DNA of 62,522 nucleotides, filler included, from Bipalium vagum (GCA_037834085.1; 3 parts of 3 records of this genome joined end to end with filler, not necessarily neighbours in it), one strand, 5' to 3'; positions 1 to 12,378 are shown, counted from the whole stretch's first letter. Notes: generated by a model from the sequence alone, not told the origin. Numbers and translations: made by a program.

Positions 1-199
1 ATTTTATCCTTATTTGGGTAGTTCTACAAATAAAAAACAAAAATGTAAACTGTTCAATAAATTTGAAAAGGACTATAATAATTAAAAGTTCTTTCATAAT
101 TAGAAATATATAATATTTTATTATTATTATTTATTTATTTAGCGAACCCGTTAAATTAAAAAGATGCGAAAATTGATAACATTAAAAAATATAAAAAAT

Positions 200-564
200 G
201 AAAAACCTAAAAGAAATGCAGTATGAGAAAAAGATATGGCAGAGTACCAGTGAATAAGAAGCCTCAAAATATGTTTTCCAATAAGAAATAAAAATATGTT
301 GGTAGTTGTTTTAATAATTAATATTTTAAAATACGAAATGGATCATATAATGCAGAATATTTTATTGGTTTTATACATAATCTTATTAATAAATTAAGAA
401 CAAATTGGAACAAATGTATGTTATTTGTAACAAACGTACCTTTTCATAAATCAGTGGGAATTAAATCGTTAATATTGGGAAATGGTCATAATTTAATATT
501 TTCGCCTTCTTACAGTTCACAGTTAAATCCATTAAGAGAAATGCTTAGTGCAAGAAAAGAGTAA
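200..564 (+). mobile_element. Degenerate IS630/Tc1-like (DDE_3) transposase fragment
   Basis: 418..564 translates MLFVTNVPFHKSVGIKSLILGNGHNLIFSPSYSSQLNPLREMLSARK, matching the DDE_3 pattern MDNVPFHKS..GH..LFLPPYSPQLNPIEEMFS. The left boundary is approximate. Confidence 0.7.
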
Positions 565-1803
565 ATATGAAAGTGAAAAATTTAATATGAAAATCCATTG
601 TAACAATAATTCTATAATGAAATTTAATATAAATAAAAATAGAAGTAAAATAAAAATTATCGTTGAATGTTAATTACGATTATAAACAAAAACCTTTTTT
701 TAAATGCTAAAACTGAAATCATTTTCGAAAAAATAATATTCAAGGATAAATATGAAAATGTTCTAAAATAAATAAATATTTTTTCGAGTAATTTTCAAAT
801 CCAATTAGAAACGAAATGATAAAAATATCATTTTTACAATGTATAAATATAAAAATATTATTTTTAAAATAAAAAGTTTCAGGAAATAATAATTTCCTGG
901 CTTTGGTAAAATTATTATTTCTTCCAAAGAAATCATATTAATTACAATTTTTTGATAAGTTAAAATTTTGTTTTCCTCGTCTTATTCAATGATGATTAGA
1001 ATATTTAATTAAAAAATAACATTCAAGTTGATCTTTACGAATTATTAGCAAATAAAAAATAATCCAATTACATAGTGACCGTTTCTACTGGAAACCAAAT
1101 AAACAAAATATATTTTATTTTATAATAATCGTTTATTTATGAAGAAAATAAAATATATATTCTGAGCACTGAGGGTAATATTAGTTAAATAATTCTCTTA
1201 TGAAATTGTCATATGGAACATCGAAATACAACGAAGCGAATATTCTGAAGAATAATCCTTTGAAGGTTTTAATTAAAGGTATTTAAAATAGAAGTTATTC
1301 TAAATATGTATACTGTTTTCTTCTATATATCATGCAAAATTAAACATTATTCCAAAAAAATTTTAATAAAAGAAGCCAAAACAATCTATTAATGATTTTT
1401 TAAACTTGGGACCTTTTTTTAAAAAGTGAAATTAAAAATATTAAAACAAATGGCGTAACCGAAATTCTATTAATCCAATATTATTAATTTATATTATATA
1501 TAATTATAAGTTATATATTTTTTAAAAAATATACACTATATTTTAATAATGATTATATTAATAATTAGATAATTAATAATAATTAAATAATTAATAATAA
1601 TTAAAAATAATTAAATGTTGAAATAAATGAAAAATATGAAGTTTAAGATTTATGAAAAGTTTAAAAATCTTTGAGTTTTATCTTTATTATTTAGTCTTTA
1701 ATTTATTACTAAATATAATTATATCTTAATCACATGAAAAACTATTTTAAATGATGAAAAAAAAGAATAAAATAAATTATATTTCAAACAGTTATTACAA
1801 CAT

Positions 1804-2037
1804 TTATAGTCTGAGATTTAAGAATCCTCCACAAGTTGATCCACAGGTCTTAGGTTTTCCAAAGAGCGAACATGAACTCGGCTTTCCAAAGATCGAACAT
1901 GAACTCGGTTTTCCAAAAAGTGAACATGTCTTGGTCTTATCACAAGTTGTTAAGGGTTTTGAACAAGGTGACTTCGGTGGGCAGCCCAAAACCTGATTAA
2001 TGACACAAACGATTAAAAAAGCTAATACGATTTTCAT
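1804..2037 (-). CDS. Orphan secreted Cys-rich cationic peptide (77 aa) with internal CSxFGKP repeats
   Basis: True ATG, hydrophobic signal peptide MKIVLAFLIVCVINQVLG, 8 Cys in the mature part, raised GC versus flanks, upstream TATA box, and a KTCG..GGFLNL motif shared with the 6658..7074 ORF. Confidence 0.7.
   Translation of the reverse strand: MKIVLAFLIVCVINQVLGCPPKSPCSKPLTTCDKTKTCSLFGKPSSCSIFGKPSSCSLFGKPKTCGSTCGGFLNLRL
1853..1933. repeat. 27-bp in-frame tandem repeat x3
   Basis: ggttttccaaagagcgaacatgaactc / ggctttccaaagatcgaacatgaactc / ggttttccaaaaagtgaacatgtcttg; each unit encodes a 9-aa CS(L/I)FGKP-containing repeat on the minus strand. Confidence 0.9.
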
Positions 2038-2067
2038 TTTTGTTATTAAAGTTTTATTTTTTGATTA

Positions 2068-2075
2068 TTTATATA
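2068..2075 (-). promoter_or_regulatory. TATA box of secreted peptide gene 1
   Basis: TATATAAA on the minus strand ending 31 nt before the ATG; the paralog has the same spacing. Confidence 0.55.
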
Positions 2076-2883
2076 TCTTTTTTTCCACTTCAAATATTGG
2101 AAAGGCCCGTGAAAGACCAACCAATTTGCTTTACAATAACTCCAATCTGTCATTTATTTTTTTATAAAATAAATAGTACTTTTGTGTCTCTACTTTCAAA
2201 CATGTTATGGCTCCCATTGATCATGACATTTTGGGAATAGATCTCGTTTTAACTATTTTTATTTTATATTTCATTAATATGTAACCAAAAACCATTGAAA
2301 ATCATGAATAATAATTTTAAAAAATTATATAAGTAATACACATATAAGTGAAATAAATTTTATGAATAATGTTCTTAATTAAATATTTAATTTAAAGAAA
2401 GTACTCCTTTTTTATAAAATTGTAAAAATATGTTTCAATAATCAAAGTATAAAAAATTATAAAAATATTTTTAATATTAAATAGAGACATTTCGATTTTA
2501 ATTAACGAAACCAACGGAACATAATATACTATTTAAATATCATAACATTTTCCGATTGTTCATTTTCCAATCTCTGAAGATTTTCAAATGGAAAACTTTG
2601 CTGAAACCATTGCTTCTTTTATCATTTTCGAATTACTACAGTCATCTCGAGCAATCAGGTTGAAGGTTTTTGTGTTGTGATAAAATTGTTCATGTACATT
2701 CTTGTGTAAATTAATTGAAACAAAACATTTTTAACAAAAATCCCATTCCTCTTACTACAAACAAACAGTTTTAAATTATATACATATATTTTATGACGCC
2801 CAATGACTGATAAAATCATTAAGCTAGTCGATATCACATTTGTCTATTAATTTAAATTAATTGTAAGTCATTCGTAATTAAAA

Positions 2884-3400
2884 ATGGATATTACACTCAT
2901 CAAACGCACGGAGATCATAACTTTACACGAACACGTATCAATAAAATCTCGAGAGATTGGTTCAGTTGCTGGTGTGAGTCTTGCAACTGACAGCAATATC
3001 ATCAAGTTGAAAAAAGGTATTGAATTGCTTTGTCCAAAACGCAAATATAGGTGTGGTCGTAAAAAGACAACCCCTGCAGGAGATGATGCATAATTACTGC
3101 GCAAAGGTAAAAAGATCCCCGCAAGACGAGCGACACATTGAATATAGATTTGAAAGAGAAAGGAATCTAAATTAGTTCTTCTACAGTTCGCAGACGCCTT
3201 ATTGCAGCTGGTCACCGCACCAAGAGACCTGTTAAAAACAACTTTTAACAAAAGCAATGAAAGGAAAACTGTATAGATGGTCAAAGAAGTACAAGAATTG
3301 AACAATGGAGCAATGAACTTAATTGGCTCAGAAACTCTCCCGACCTTAATCCAATTGAGAATTTGTGGGCCATATGCAATGGTCACTTTTGTTCTATGGA
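2884..3400 (+). mobile_element. Internally deleted Tc1-like transposase pseudogene
   Basis: N-terminal HTH plus GRKKTT linker, then the SSTVRRRLL..RP region across frameshifts, joined directly to the C-terminal NSPDLNPIENLW (about 3333-3368). The DDE core is missing. Confidence 0.8.
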
Positions 3401-3759
3401 CTACCATGTAAATATTTAAAGAGTAGAAATTGAGAAAGACATGGAATAAATCGTTTGATTTAAATGATAATGCGACATGATACCTATTTATTATTTACAT
3501 TTACATTATTATCCTAATGTGTAATCTGGTTACCTTGGGTTTCTAATTGAATAACAGAGGTTAATAAATCTAGAGAGTAAAATTAGTATCATATTTTTAG
3601 AAATCTGAACATTTATACTGTGGTCATTGGAGAAAGAGATTTTTAATTTTCACTCAATTTGTATGGCATTCAAATTCTTTCTCGAAAATATTTATTTGAT
3701 GTATTTAAATTATCTGATTCAAATAACTGTATTTGGAATGTTTTAATGGCTTCTGCTGA

Positions 3760-3900
3760 ATCTTTCGTATCAGCATTTGAAACTCTTACATTTGTAGACT
3801 GTTATCATCGTAAATTGATTTCAAACTATTGGCTGCATCTAAAGCATTTGTGCCCAAATCAAATTCATATAACAAACAATGCCTTACATATTTCTACCTA
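3760..3900 (-). mobile_element. Mariner transposase N-terminal HTH fragment
   Basis: Minus strand reads KYVRHCLLYEFDLGTNALDAANSLKSIY, the typical mariner start (IRHCLLYEF..G..A.EA). Confidence 0.65.
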
Positions 3901-6277
3901 AAATCTTTGGTAGTCATTTTTAAATATAAATAAAATTTGTAAACAATGTTTTCTCAAAATTTTTTCAAGTAATACACATTAATATAAAATCAGGTTTTAT
4001 TACATTTGTAAAATATTTTATTTCTTCAATAAAAAAAAAATTTTTTTCTATATTCCTGAGTTAATGGAAATTTCAAAAAATGTGAACCACCTGTAAAATC
4101 TTACTGAGAAAATCCTTGTATTTGGAGCTTCGAAAAAGATACATGTTAATAGCGGAAGGAGCTTTTTATCATCACAAATAGGGGCAAGCGAGAAAATAGT
4201 TTTATTTTACTCAATCATTATTATAACAGTATTGGTATGGTAGAGAAACAATCCGAACAATAAGAGGAATATTAATGGTCTAGCAAGAATCTTGAAATTA
4301 TGAAACATTCTTAATTCTGTCGAAAGAAAATAACTATCTTGATCTTTAATAAGTCTTCATTTTCTAATTAATTTTAACAATAATTTATTTTGTAGACTAA
4401 AATGTTTTCGTTTGGGTTCTACTACTACCACATTGTTACATTATCAAGCTCTGGGTATGATTAATAACAGTTTCTTTTTTATATAAATGTACAATTCACA
4501 TTAGATACGAAGTGAATTACGTTTAGATCCACATTTCAAAAGTAAGTCATGCAAAATGTTTTCAATTATAATTCCCAACATGACTCTAAAGAATGTTTAC
4601 AAGTGTTTATAATTTGCATACAATCTTTAAGTGAATTATCAACACGTGGTTGTGTCATTATCCAAACAACTCTTAAAATATCACAATTTAGACAATAAAA
4701 TTTATTAATCGCACACAAAAATATATTCACAGTCACTATACTAATATTACTATTCATTCCAGTTGAAAAGTTTAGCAAAAATAACTAATAATAAAAAAAC
4801 CAATGAGAAAAATCTAAATTATGAAAACCTTTGAAATCTTTCATCTAAATGATAATACTTAAACAAATATAAAACATTAAACACAAGTGGTAAATACACA
4901 AATATAAAACCAAATACCTCTTAACAACTATCTATTTCAGATATATTCTTCTAACACATCTGTGTAGCACTATCTTTCACCCTTACTTATCTCAACCATA
5001 ACCAAAGAAAATTGTGATAGATTTCTGATCAATAAGACTTATACCAATAATACATTTTCAGCATCATCAACTAGTCGATAATTTTTCAATAACCTAAACA
5101 ATTTTCAAATATACTTCCAATATTAATAACAATTACAAAACTTCTTTGGTACACCTCACAATGCCTTCTTGATTATATACCATATTTCTGAAGATCTGAC
5201 TCACATGGTTGAGGGGTCGAAAATATTACTCAAAATATTTAATCAATACTCACAATAAAAAAGTATTGAAAATGTATCTTATTTCCGGATAGTCCTTCCG
5301 AATAATTACTCCCATTGTCGGTGTCTTAATTTAATTAAGTCATTAATCAGGCCAGATATTCTGGCTTAACGTCACTATTTTTGCACTTGACGACCGTGAT
5401 ACTGAGAACTTCAATTTGCATTGTTAATGTAACTCATACTTGAATACCTTGTCGATTTTAGAAAATATATAATTTTTCTATTTCTTGGTCGAGATTTTTC
5501 CTAACACGATGATTTATTCCTTGTTTTACAGATACAATTTAATATTTCACTATTATTTCATATCTGAAGCAATAAATCTCAGAAAATAAGAATAAAAAAA
5601 TTAAATAATTTACTTTTTTATTTAATTTATTAAATTTAATAAAAATTGTATGTGAACACTGTTAGAATTTGATTACATTTTTTACAATTTTGTCGGGGAT
5701 AAATATTTAGTGCCAAGTAAGGTTTATTATTTCTTATAATAATTGAAGATTAAAACGAGAAAAATAATCCCATCTGACGTGCAATATTGAAAGAAAATAT
5801 GTCCGAATATCCGGGATACTCAATATTAAACAACCTTCGGCTATAATTTCACTTTATATGACTACATAAATATAAAAATATTTCTGTAATTTTGTCTTTT
5901 TAAACACATTTTTCATTATTTTATGAGTTATTTTTAAATTGAAATATTTTTGAGAAAATTTGACCATCTCAATGAGAAATTGCAAATTTTCAACGACAAA
6001 TGGGAATAAATATTGGGAATTTTCTTTTGTTTTATTTATAAAAGTTTTTTAATATTTCATATTTATTTTATATTTATTTCAAATATGAAATAAATTATTT
6101 AATATCCCCCATAAAGTATTGAGGTGGTAGTTTTTTTTCCAAAACCTTTCTGATTTTGATGCATTTGAGAAATATTCTTAGTATTAGGTTTAATAACCAC
6201 TTTTACATCTTGAATATATTATGTAACTAATTTTTATTTCTTGTAAATTGAATTTTGAAGGATTTATTAATATTTTA

Positions 6278-6317
<40 letters not shown>

Positions 6318-6338
6318 ATTACTATTATTATTATTATA
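6278..6338. repeat. (ATT)n microsatellite
   Basis: Imperfect ATT run. Confidence 0.9.
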
Positions 6339-6657
6339 ACACAGAAATGGAAAATTCTAAATTATTAAAGTAAATAAATAATAAATTAAGATGATATGTA
6401 AATATTAAAAGGTAGTAAATATTTTAACGATAAGGTTTGTGGATATAGTCAATGATTGTCATATCTAACCTATATGCTATATGTAAATTAAAAATAATAA
6501 TAATCCTTTTTCCAGCGCTCAATTTACAAAAAGTTTAAATAAAATGTATTTATTTAAAATGGCCACAACTACTCATACTTTTAAGATTGAGAAATGGAGA
6601 AATAAAAGGTTTTATTCACCACATCACCATAATTTGTAATCTGAGCTTTACAAATTC

Positions 6658-7074
6658 CTAAGCCAGAGAAAGATTAGGGAAAAATTTTAGTCGGTAGGCA
6701 TTAAACTGACATCTTTTCTTGTATAAGTCTAATACCAATGATCGAATTTTCTCCAATTTTTCAGGATCACTTTCTAACTTAAATGCTTGGGATACAAGAC
6801 CTTCAATTTCATGAAGTAGACCTTGGACAGCAATGAAAATATTATTGGGAACTAATCCCTTGACTGTTCCAATAAGATTGTTTACCAAACTGTCAAGTGA
6901 TAAGCCTTTATAAAATCCATTGATTAATCCCAATCCCAAATCCAAATTCAGAAATCCTCCTGATTTACCCGTTCCACATGTTTTACCTCCACCACATGAG
7001 GAAGACAAAAGAAAACCATCGATTTCCAAAATTTTTACAACGCAAACAACTGTTAGGGCTAATATAAGTTTCAT
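6658..7074 (-). CDS. Orphan secreted protein (138 aa), paralog of the 1804..2037 peptide, with an amphipathic helical C-terminal extension
   Basis: Signal peptide MKLILALTVVCVVKILEIDG, SCGGGKTCGTGKSGGFLNLDL motif, long ORF in AT-rich DNA, upstream TATA, and AATAAA about 45 nt after the stop. Confidence 0.75.
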   Translation of the reverse strand: MKLILALTVVCVVKILEIDGFLLSSSCGGGKTCGTGKSGGFLNLDLGLGLINGFYKGLSLDSLVNNLIGTVKGLVPNNIFIAVQGLLHEIEGLVSQAFKLESDPEKLEKIRSLVLDLYKKRCQFNAYRLKFFPNLSLA

Positions 7075-7104
7075 GGTTATAAGTAAAGATATTACTACGA
7101 ACCA

Positions 7105-7112
7105 TTTATATA
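7105..7112 (-). promoter_or_regulatory. TATA box of secreted protein gene 2
   Basis: TATATAAA on the minus strand ending 31 nt before the ATG at 7074. Confidence 0.55.
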
Positions 7113-7968
7113 TGCCAAATTTGCTTCAAATCTCTACTTAAAAAGAGTGCCTGTCGACAGCAAAAAGTTTTGCCACAATAATTCCTGTCAATAATTGATC
7201 TTCATGAAAAGGCTGATCTTCATTGAAAGTCTAGTGCAAAAGACCAGAAAACATTGAACCATAGTCTCGACAGTTACTGTCATTTGATTTTTAAACACCT
7301 TTTCAGATTGACGGGCCCAACGTGTTGTTCCAATAATACAATAATGCTATGAAAATCTACTTCTACTGGCATTGATCTATACCTTACATGTATATATTTT
7401 TTTATATATATTTAAAGAATAATGTGAAATCAATTCAATGATATGTTGTAAAATTTATAATCTGGTTCCCACCAATGTTGTTGTCGTCATGTTCTTACAA
7501 ATGGAAAGTGAAATTTCGCCTAAATGTCTTATACTCAAAATAACAAAAGTAATGTGACGTTTCTATGCTTTCTTCCACAAACCTTTACATGCAGGATCGT
7601 TGGGGGTAGCCTATATATCTCAGAGTAAAAGTTAAAATGTTGAGTTTTTCACTGTAAGGACAAATCATTATTTTGCTAGCGGCTCAGAACGTATTTTGTT
7701 AGTGTAAATGATTTGCCGATTTATAGCCTAATATATTATAAAAAGAACTATAATATAACTTGTTTCTCAGGAAAAAAAATCAACAAATTCATAAAATTAT
7801 CGAAAACAAGTAAAAATTGACGTTGGTTCTTATTGAAGTTTAAAGAGGTTAGAGAAAGATGTGATTTTTTCGGTTTTATGATTTATTTAAGATGAGAAAA
7901 TACTTCATAAATAAGAAAAGTTTATAGAATGATTAGGAAGAAGTTAAAGAAGGTACTGTGGAAAATAG

Positions 7969-9743
7969 TTTACACGATTTGTGTTTGAGAAATTTCTTGG
8001 AAAACTTTCCTACAGACAACCAACAACGGTAGGTGATGGTCAAAATCAACACTTAACAGAAAATAATGTTTATCATAACACAATTGAAGATAAATCACAA
8101 TCAGATTTTACGGATTTTGGAAAGCATTTAAAACGACCCTATGAAAAAGTATTGATCTTAGGTTCAAGTTTTATTCAGCGAAAAGAACACGATTAATCGA
8201 ATTACAGACATTATTTTTTTATGAATAAAAAATAGTAAATTTTGAATTAAATTGTAAAAGAAAATAATAATATTTCCTGACTGAAATTATATTGCCAAAA
8301 TTTATTGAAAACGTGAGATTATATAAGGAGACCCAAAAAATACAATATCTAGTGGCTTAATTATATTTTGTGTAAAAATTGTTTATACAGTGAATTCTTA
8401 GAAACTGAAACCTTTTGGAATCAAATTCTTTGAAAAGTTGCATTAAATGAAGAAAGTTGAAGTTTGTGAAGTTGCAATTTTTTCGAGCAAAGAATTGTTT
8501 TATGTTGACGTCCTTTAAGAGTTAAATCAATTTTAACATTTGGAACATAAACATAAAAAAAAACATCCTTGTTTGTCTGACATTTTTAGAAGATCTGTAA
8601 TGCATTATTGGAAGATTAGCATTCTGAATGACTCTGGGTTTCTTGGTTAATTAATAATCATTAAATGTATCTTATGCTGGCCGCACGCATTTCTGCAAGG
8701 CATCATAGTAAGTATTTCTTTTGACTAATTTCATATCAGATGCCATCTTTTCATGTTGAGCGACAAGAGGCCTTTCCTTCAAAATCTTGTATACAAGTCT
8801 ACTCTCATCAGTATTATAAATCGTTATAAATCAGTATTACTGTTTCAGCTATTAACTGTCAATTTTTTTTTAAAAAAGTGGTAATGTTGAATCCATCTTG
8901 AAAAGGTTTTAAAATATCTGTCAGGATTTATATGAAATTTCGTTGCCTTACATTGTAACATAATATCATTAACAAAATTATGTAAAAGTCGTTCATTCAG
9001 AAACCATTGGTGGAATACTCTATCGGTTTCAGGATGCACAACTTTCATGAACCTCTTAATATATATAAAAGAAATACTAATTTTACTAACATATTCATAA
9101 AGAGAATCTTTATTGTTCCTTATCCTGCTAATGGTACTCTTGTGTACCTTGAATATTTCACAAAGTTCGTTGAGATGTTATTTTCTGACTTCAATATTTT
9201 CTAATTTATTTTTGCAATGGGTTCATATTGAAATAAATAAAATTGTAATAATTGAATATGAAAGCAACTTAATTTTTTGTGAATTGTTGAATTTTGAGGT
9301 TACAGTTTATAAGAATTCACATATATTTTATGTATACCATATTTATTTATATATCACGTATACATGAAATATATTTTATGTATAATCACTGAATTATAAC
9401 GAAACATAATAAAACCACAATTTCGTTATATCTTGTTTGAATCAGGTTATTTAAAAAAAAATCTCAATATAGAAATCCACCATTAAGCAGAAAAGCGCTA
9501 GCAAATTTAATAATCCTTTATTGGAAATAGAATGCAATCAAGGGTATCCAAAAACCATTTTACTCTTCTGGCATGAGCAGAAATTTTGAGACAAAGAAAA
9601 AAATGGAAACACTCAAATCCGAGCATGAATTAAAAATTTTCATAAAACAGTTCATGGGAGAGCATATAAATTATCAGCTAACTCGTGAGTTCAATCGATT
9701 GCGAGCCGATCTGAAAGACATCGTTTTATTGCTTTGTGTATAA
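7969..9743 (+). CDS. Possible 3' exons of an unidentified gene (candidate exons 7969..8148 and 9531..9743)
   Basis: Both segments are preceded by AG, open in phase 0 and splice-compatible (GT at 8149). They give ...KRPYEK|NAIKGIQKPF...REFNRLRADLKDIVLLLCV*. No homology recognised. Confidence 0.25.
8388..9322 (-). mobile_element. Pogo/Tigger-like DNA transposon, internally deleted, with TIRs
   Basis: TIRs cagtgaattcttagaaactgaaacc (8388-8412, after TA) and ggttacagtttataagaattcac (9298-9320). Minus strand encodes CENP-B-type HTHs (ELCEIFKVHKSTISRIRNNK; HPETDRVFHQWF..R..MLQCKA) and the IYNTDESRLVYK DDE_1 start. Confidence 0.85.
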
Positions 9744-9891
9744 AGTATACATAGATCTGTAATTTAATTAATGACAGGAAATTTTTAATATTATTTCGAA
9801 TATATCCACATAAATATATTTGATATTATCATTAGAAGTTAAAATATTGATTTGATTTTATACTTTTATTCTCAAGAAAAAATACAAATCG

Positions 9892-10545
9892 TCATTCTTT
9901 CATTATATGGCGATCAAATGAGAAAGCGCGAATCACGCTGACGATTTCCGTGCAGAAAGGAATCACAATTGTGAATCCAAAAATATACCAATATACTGAC
10001 CAAGACCAAACACTTACAGTATATATCAACACTGTTGCCGATCCCACCAAATGACTGAGGCAAGCTTATGAAATAGAGATAGGAAAATAATTCAATAAAT
10101 GAAACCATCGTCTATCTGAAATGAAAAATAATAAAATAAGTAAAATATTGTCACATTGATTCTTAATTTAACAGGATGAAAAATGGATACCATAAAATTT
10201 AAATTTAAAAGGATACAGATCAAAGACTGAGTAACCAGAAACATTGAGCGAATGAAAAAACCAATGAGTTCAGCTCCCAGAAACCCTATAGAAATTCCCA
10301 AAACAATATTCATCCTAAAAATTTATATGATAAATAAAGAAAATAATTATAATTACTGTGTACTTATTTGAGAAGAATTAGTAATATAATTTTGTCTTAC
10401 GTAAACATTCTATAAATTTCTTAATAATTTAATCATTATATATTATAAAAGAAAATACTTTTATAATTAATAGATGTATTGTAAGAATTAACTGCAAAAT
10501 TAAAGCTATAAATCTTATACCTGCAAATTTTTGTATAATTAGCAT
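9892..10545 (-). CDS. TMEM107: Transmembrane protein 107 (ciliary transition zone), 136 aa; exons 10545-10459, 10409-10357, 10314-10217, 10064-9892
   Basis: The spliced product MLIIQKFAGIRFIALILQLILTIHLLIIK/NVYVRQ..STQ/MNIVLGISIGFLGAELIGFFIRSMFLVTQSLI/SCLSHLVGSA..WSWSVYWYIFGFTIVIPFCTEI matches TMEM107 motifs (RFL.L, ELAGF..SMF..TQSLIS, YWYIF, P..TE). All introns are GT-AG and phase-consistent. Confidence 0.9.
10065..10216 (-). other. Putative U12-type (minor spliceosome) intron in TMEM107
   Basis: The donor is GTATCCTTTT, the U12 consensus. The 3' end TTTTCCTATCTCTATTTCATAAG carries a degenerate TTTTCCTTAAC-like branch sequence close to the AG. Confidence 0.7.
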
Positions 10546-10809
10546 TCGTATTTGCAGATTTGTTACTATTGGTAATAAATATTAAAACAATTAAAAAACA
10601 AAACAAGTAATATTGAGACTAATATAATTAACTAATACAATTTTAATTCTCATTTATAACAATGAAATATTAAAATACAAATGGAAATTTGTGAATTTTA
10701 AATACACATTAAGGAAAGAAAATCAAAAATTATATACATATGATATTTTAAAATAATTTTTCAGGTCTTAAAAATCTTTAATTTCAATTCGTATATTATT
10801 TATTTATTT

Positions 10810-11600
10810 ATTTGGTGTTAGATAATAAAATTGGCTACAGAAAGTTAGGATAATCGAACGTATTATTTATTTAATAATATAAAAGATATTTCTAATTTAA
10901 ACAAATCATCGAAGATTTCTAATTTTTTTAATTAAAAATTTTTTTTTAATATCTCATATAATAAAATCAAGAAAATATCTGTAACTTTTGAACTGCTTTA
11001 AATATGTGAAAAATTAAATAAAATTTATTAATATTTTAACACAGGAGATGGCTACTAGCTTTGGCGCAAATATTTCGACTGCATTTTATTTATTTAAAGA
11101 GCCAGGAATATATTTCTAAACTTGATTCGTGGGTGCCACATACAGTGAATGCTCCGAGGTGCAGGAACAATAACTTCAGATAAATACTGTGATCAACTCT
11201 TAATATTCGATGCTGCAATTCGGCAAAGTCGTCCAGCTTTAATAAATATCTTTTGCCACGATAATGCCACATAAAACCTACAAAAACTACAAAAGTTAGA
11301 GTATTAATTTTTGCAGCACTCTTCTTACTCCTCATACATGGCACCAACAGATTTTTATCTATTCTGGTCTTTAAGCAAGACTTTGAGTAAAAAGAAGTTT
11401 GTTTCTGAAGAGGCTTTTAAAAATCATCTCATCGACTTTATACTAGGAAAGATAGCCGAAATTTTTCTAAATCTAGAATTGAAAAACTTATAGATCGTTG
11501 GAAGCTAATTGTAGAGAAAAATTATGAATACGTTAATGTTTAATAAAATGATTCGATTAAAATTTCAACTTTTTGTATTTTTTATAAAATCAATATATTG
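10810..11600 (+). mobile_element. Degenerate mariner element
   Basis: KLDSWVPH (about 11119-11142) and HSSYSSYMAPTDFYLFWSL correspond to the WVPHEL and HPPYSPDLAPSDYYLF motifs. Boundaries are approximate. Confidence 0.8.
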
Positions 11601-12378
11601 AACATTGATGTGAGCGAGGGTTATTGAGAAATTGAATAAGTGAAGCAATATCTAAATTAATGAACCTTTCCTGTTGTTCATCTTGTATATCAAATTGATA
11701 TAAAAATTCAGTATATTATGTAATAACAACTTTTGATAATCACGTGTATTAGTCAAGTCAAGTTTTTTACGATAAAATTTCAGATAATAGGACATATCTC
11801 TTTTGTCATTCAACTAAGCGAAATCTTAAAAATTTTAGATAATAGAAATAAAAAAACAGTAATATGAATTAAATGTTTTTTGATATATTCCCTTAGTTTA
11901 TTGAATGAGGACATCACGAACCTCTTGCTCACTCAGGATTTTCTCAAATATTTAATAACTTTTTTCAAAATATTTAATCCAATAAAAACCAAATTAAAAA
12001 GATTAAATATGTATACTTTATTTAAAATTTACATTAAAATATTTCCATTTCATTTAAAAAAAGATGAAAAGTACATGAATATCTATTTTTTTCTAGCATA
12101 TTCAAATCTTAGATCGATATTTAATTGTTAATTTCTTTTGAAGGATTAAATATTTCGGGAAACCCTGTAATTACCAAAAGAAAATTAAAAACGCGTTCTC
12201 CTTAAAAATGAAGATTTCTTAATGAAATATCCAAAAATTGAAAATTACGATGTGCATTAACCGTACACTTGAAAGTTTTCAGATAAAAAAAATTATATCC
12301 TCAAAAATTATAAACACTATTGCACATATCAACAAAATAGTGAAAAATGGTATATTTCTATAAACATAATCTGCATAA

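Noticed and set aside
1853-1933. Regular repeats that might suggest a CRISPR-like array (also 39287-39382 and 47687-47726)
   Set aside because: Head-to-tail units without unique spacers, in a eukaryotic context.
1751-1996. Plus-strand 81-aa ORF with ELGFPKSEH repeats
   Set aside because: Antisense shadow of the secreted peptide gene, which has the signal peptide, TATA box and paralog.
2868-3407. 179-aa minus-strand ORF
   Set aside because: Antisense to the Tc1 transposase remnant.
9914-10108. 64-aa ORF overlapping the last TMEM107 exon
   Set aside because: Wrong frame; the TMEM107-homologous frame is different.
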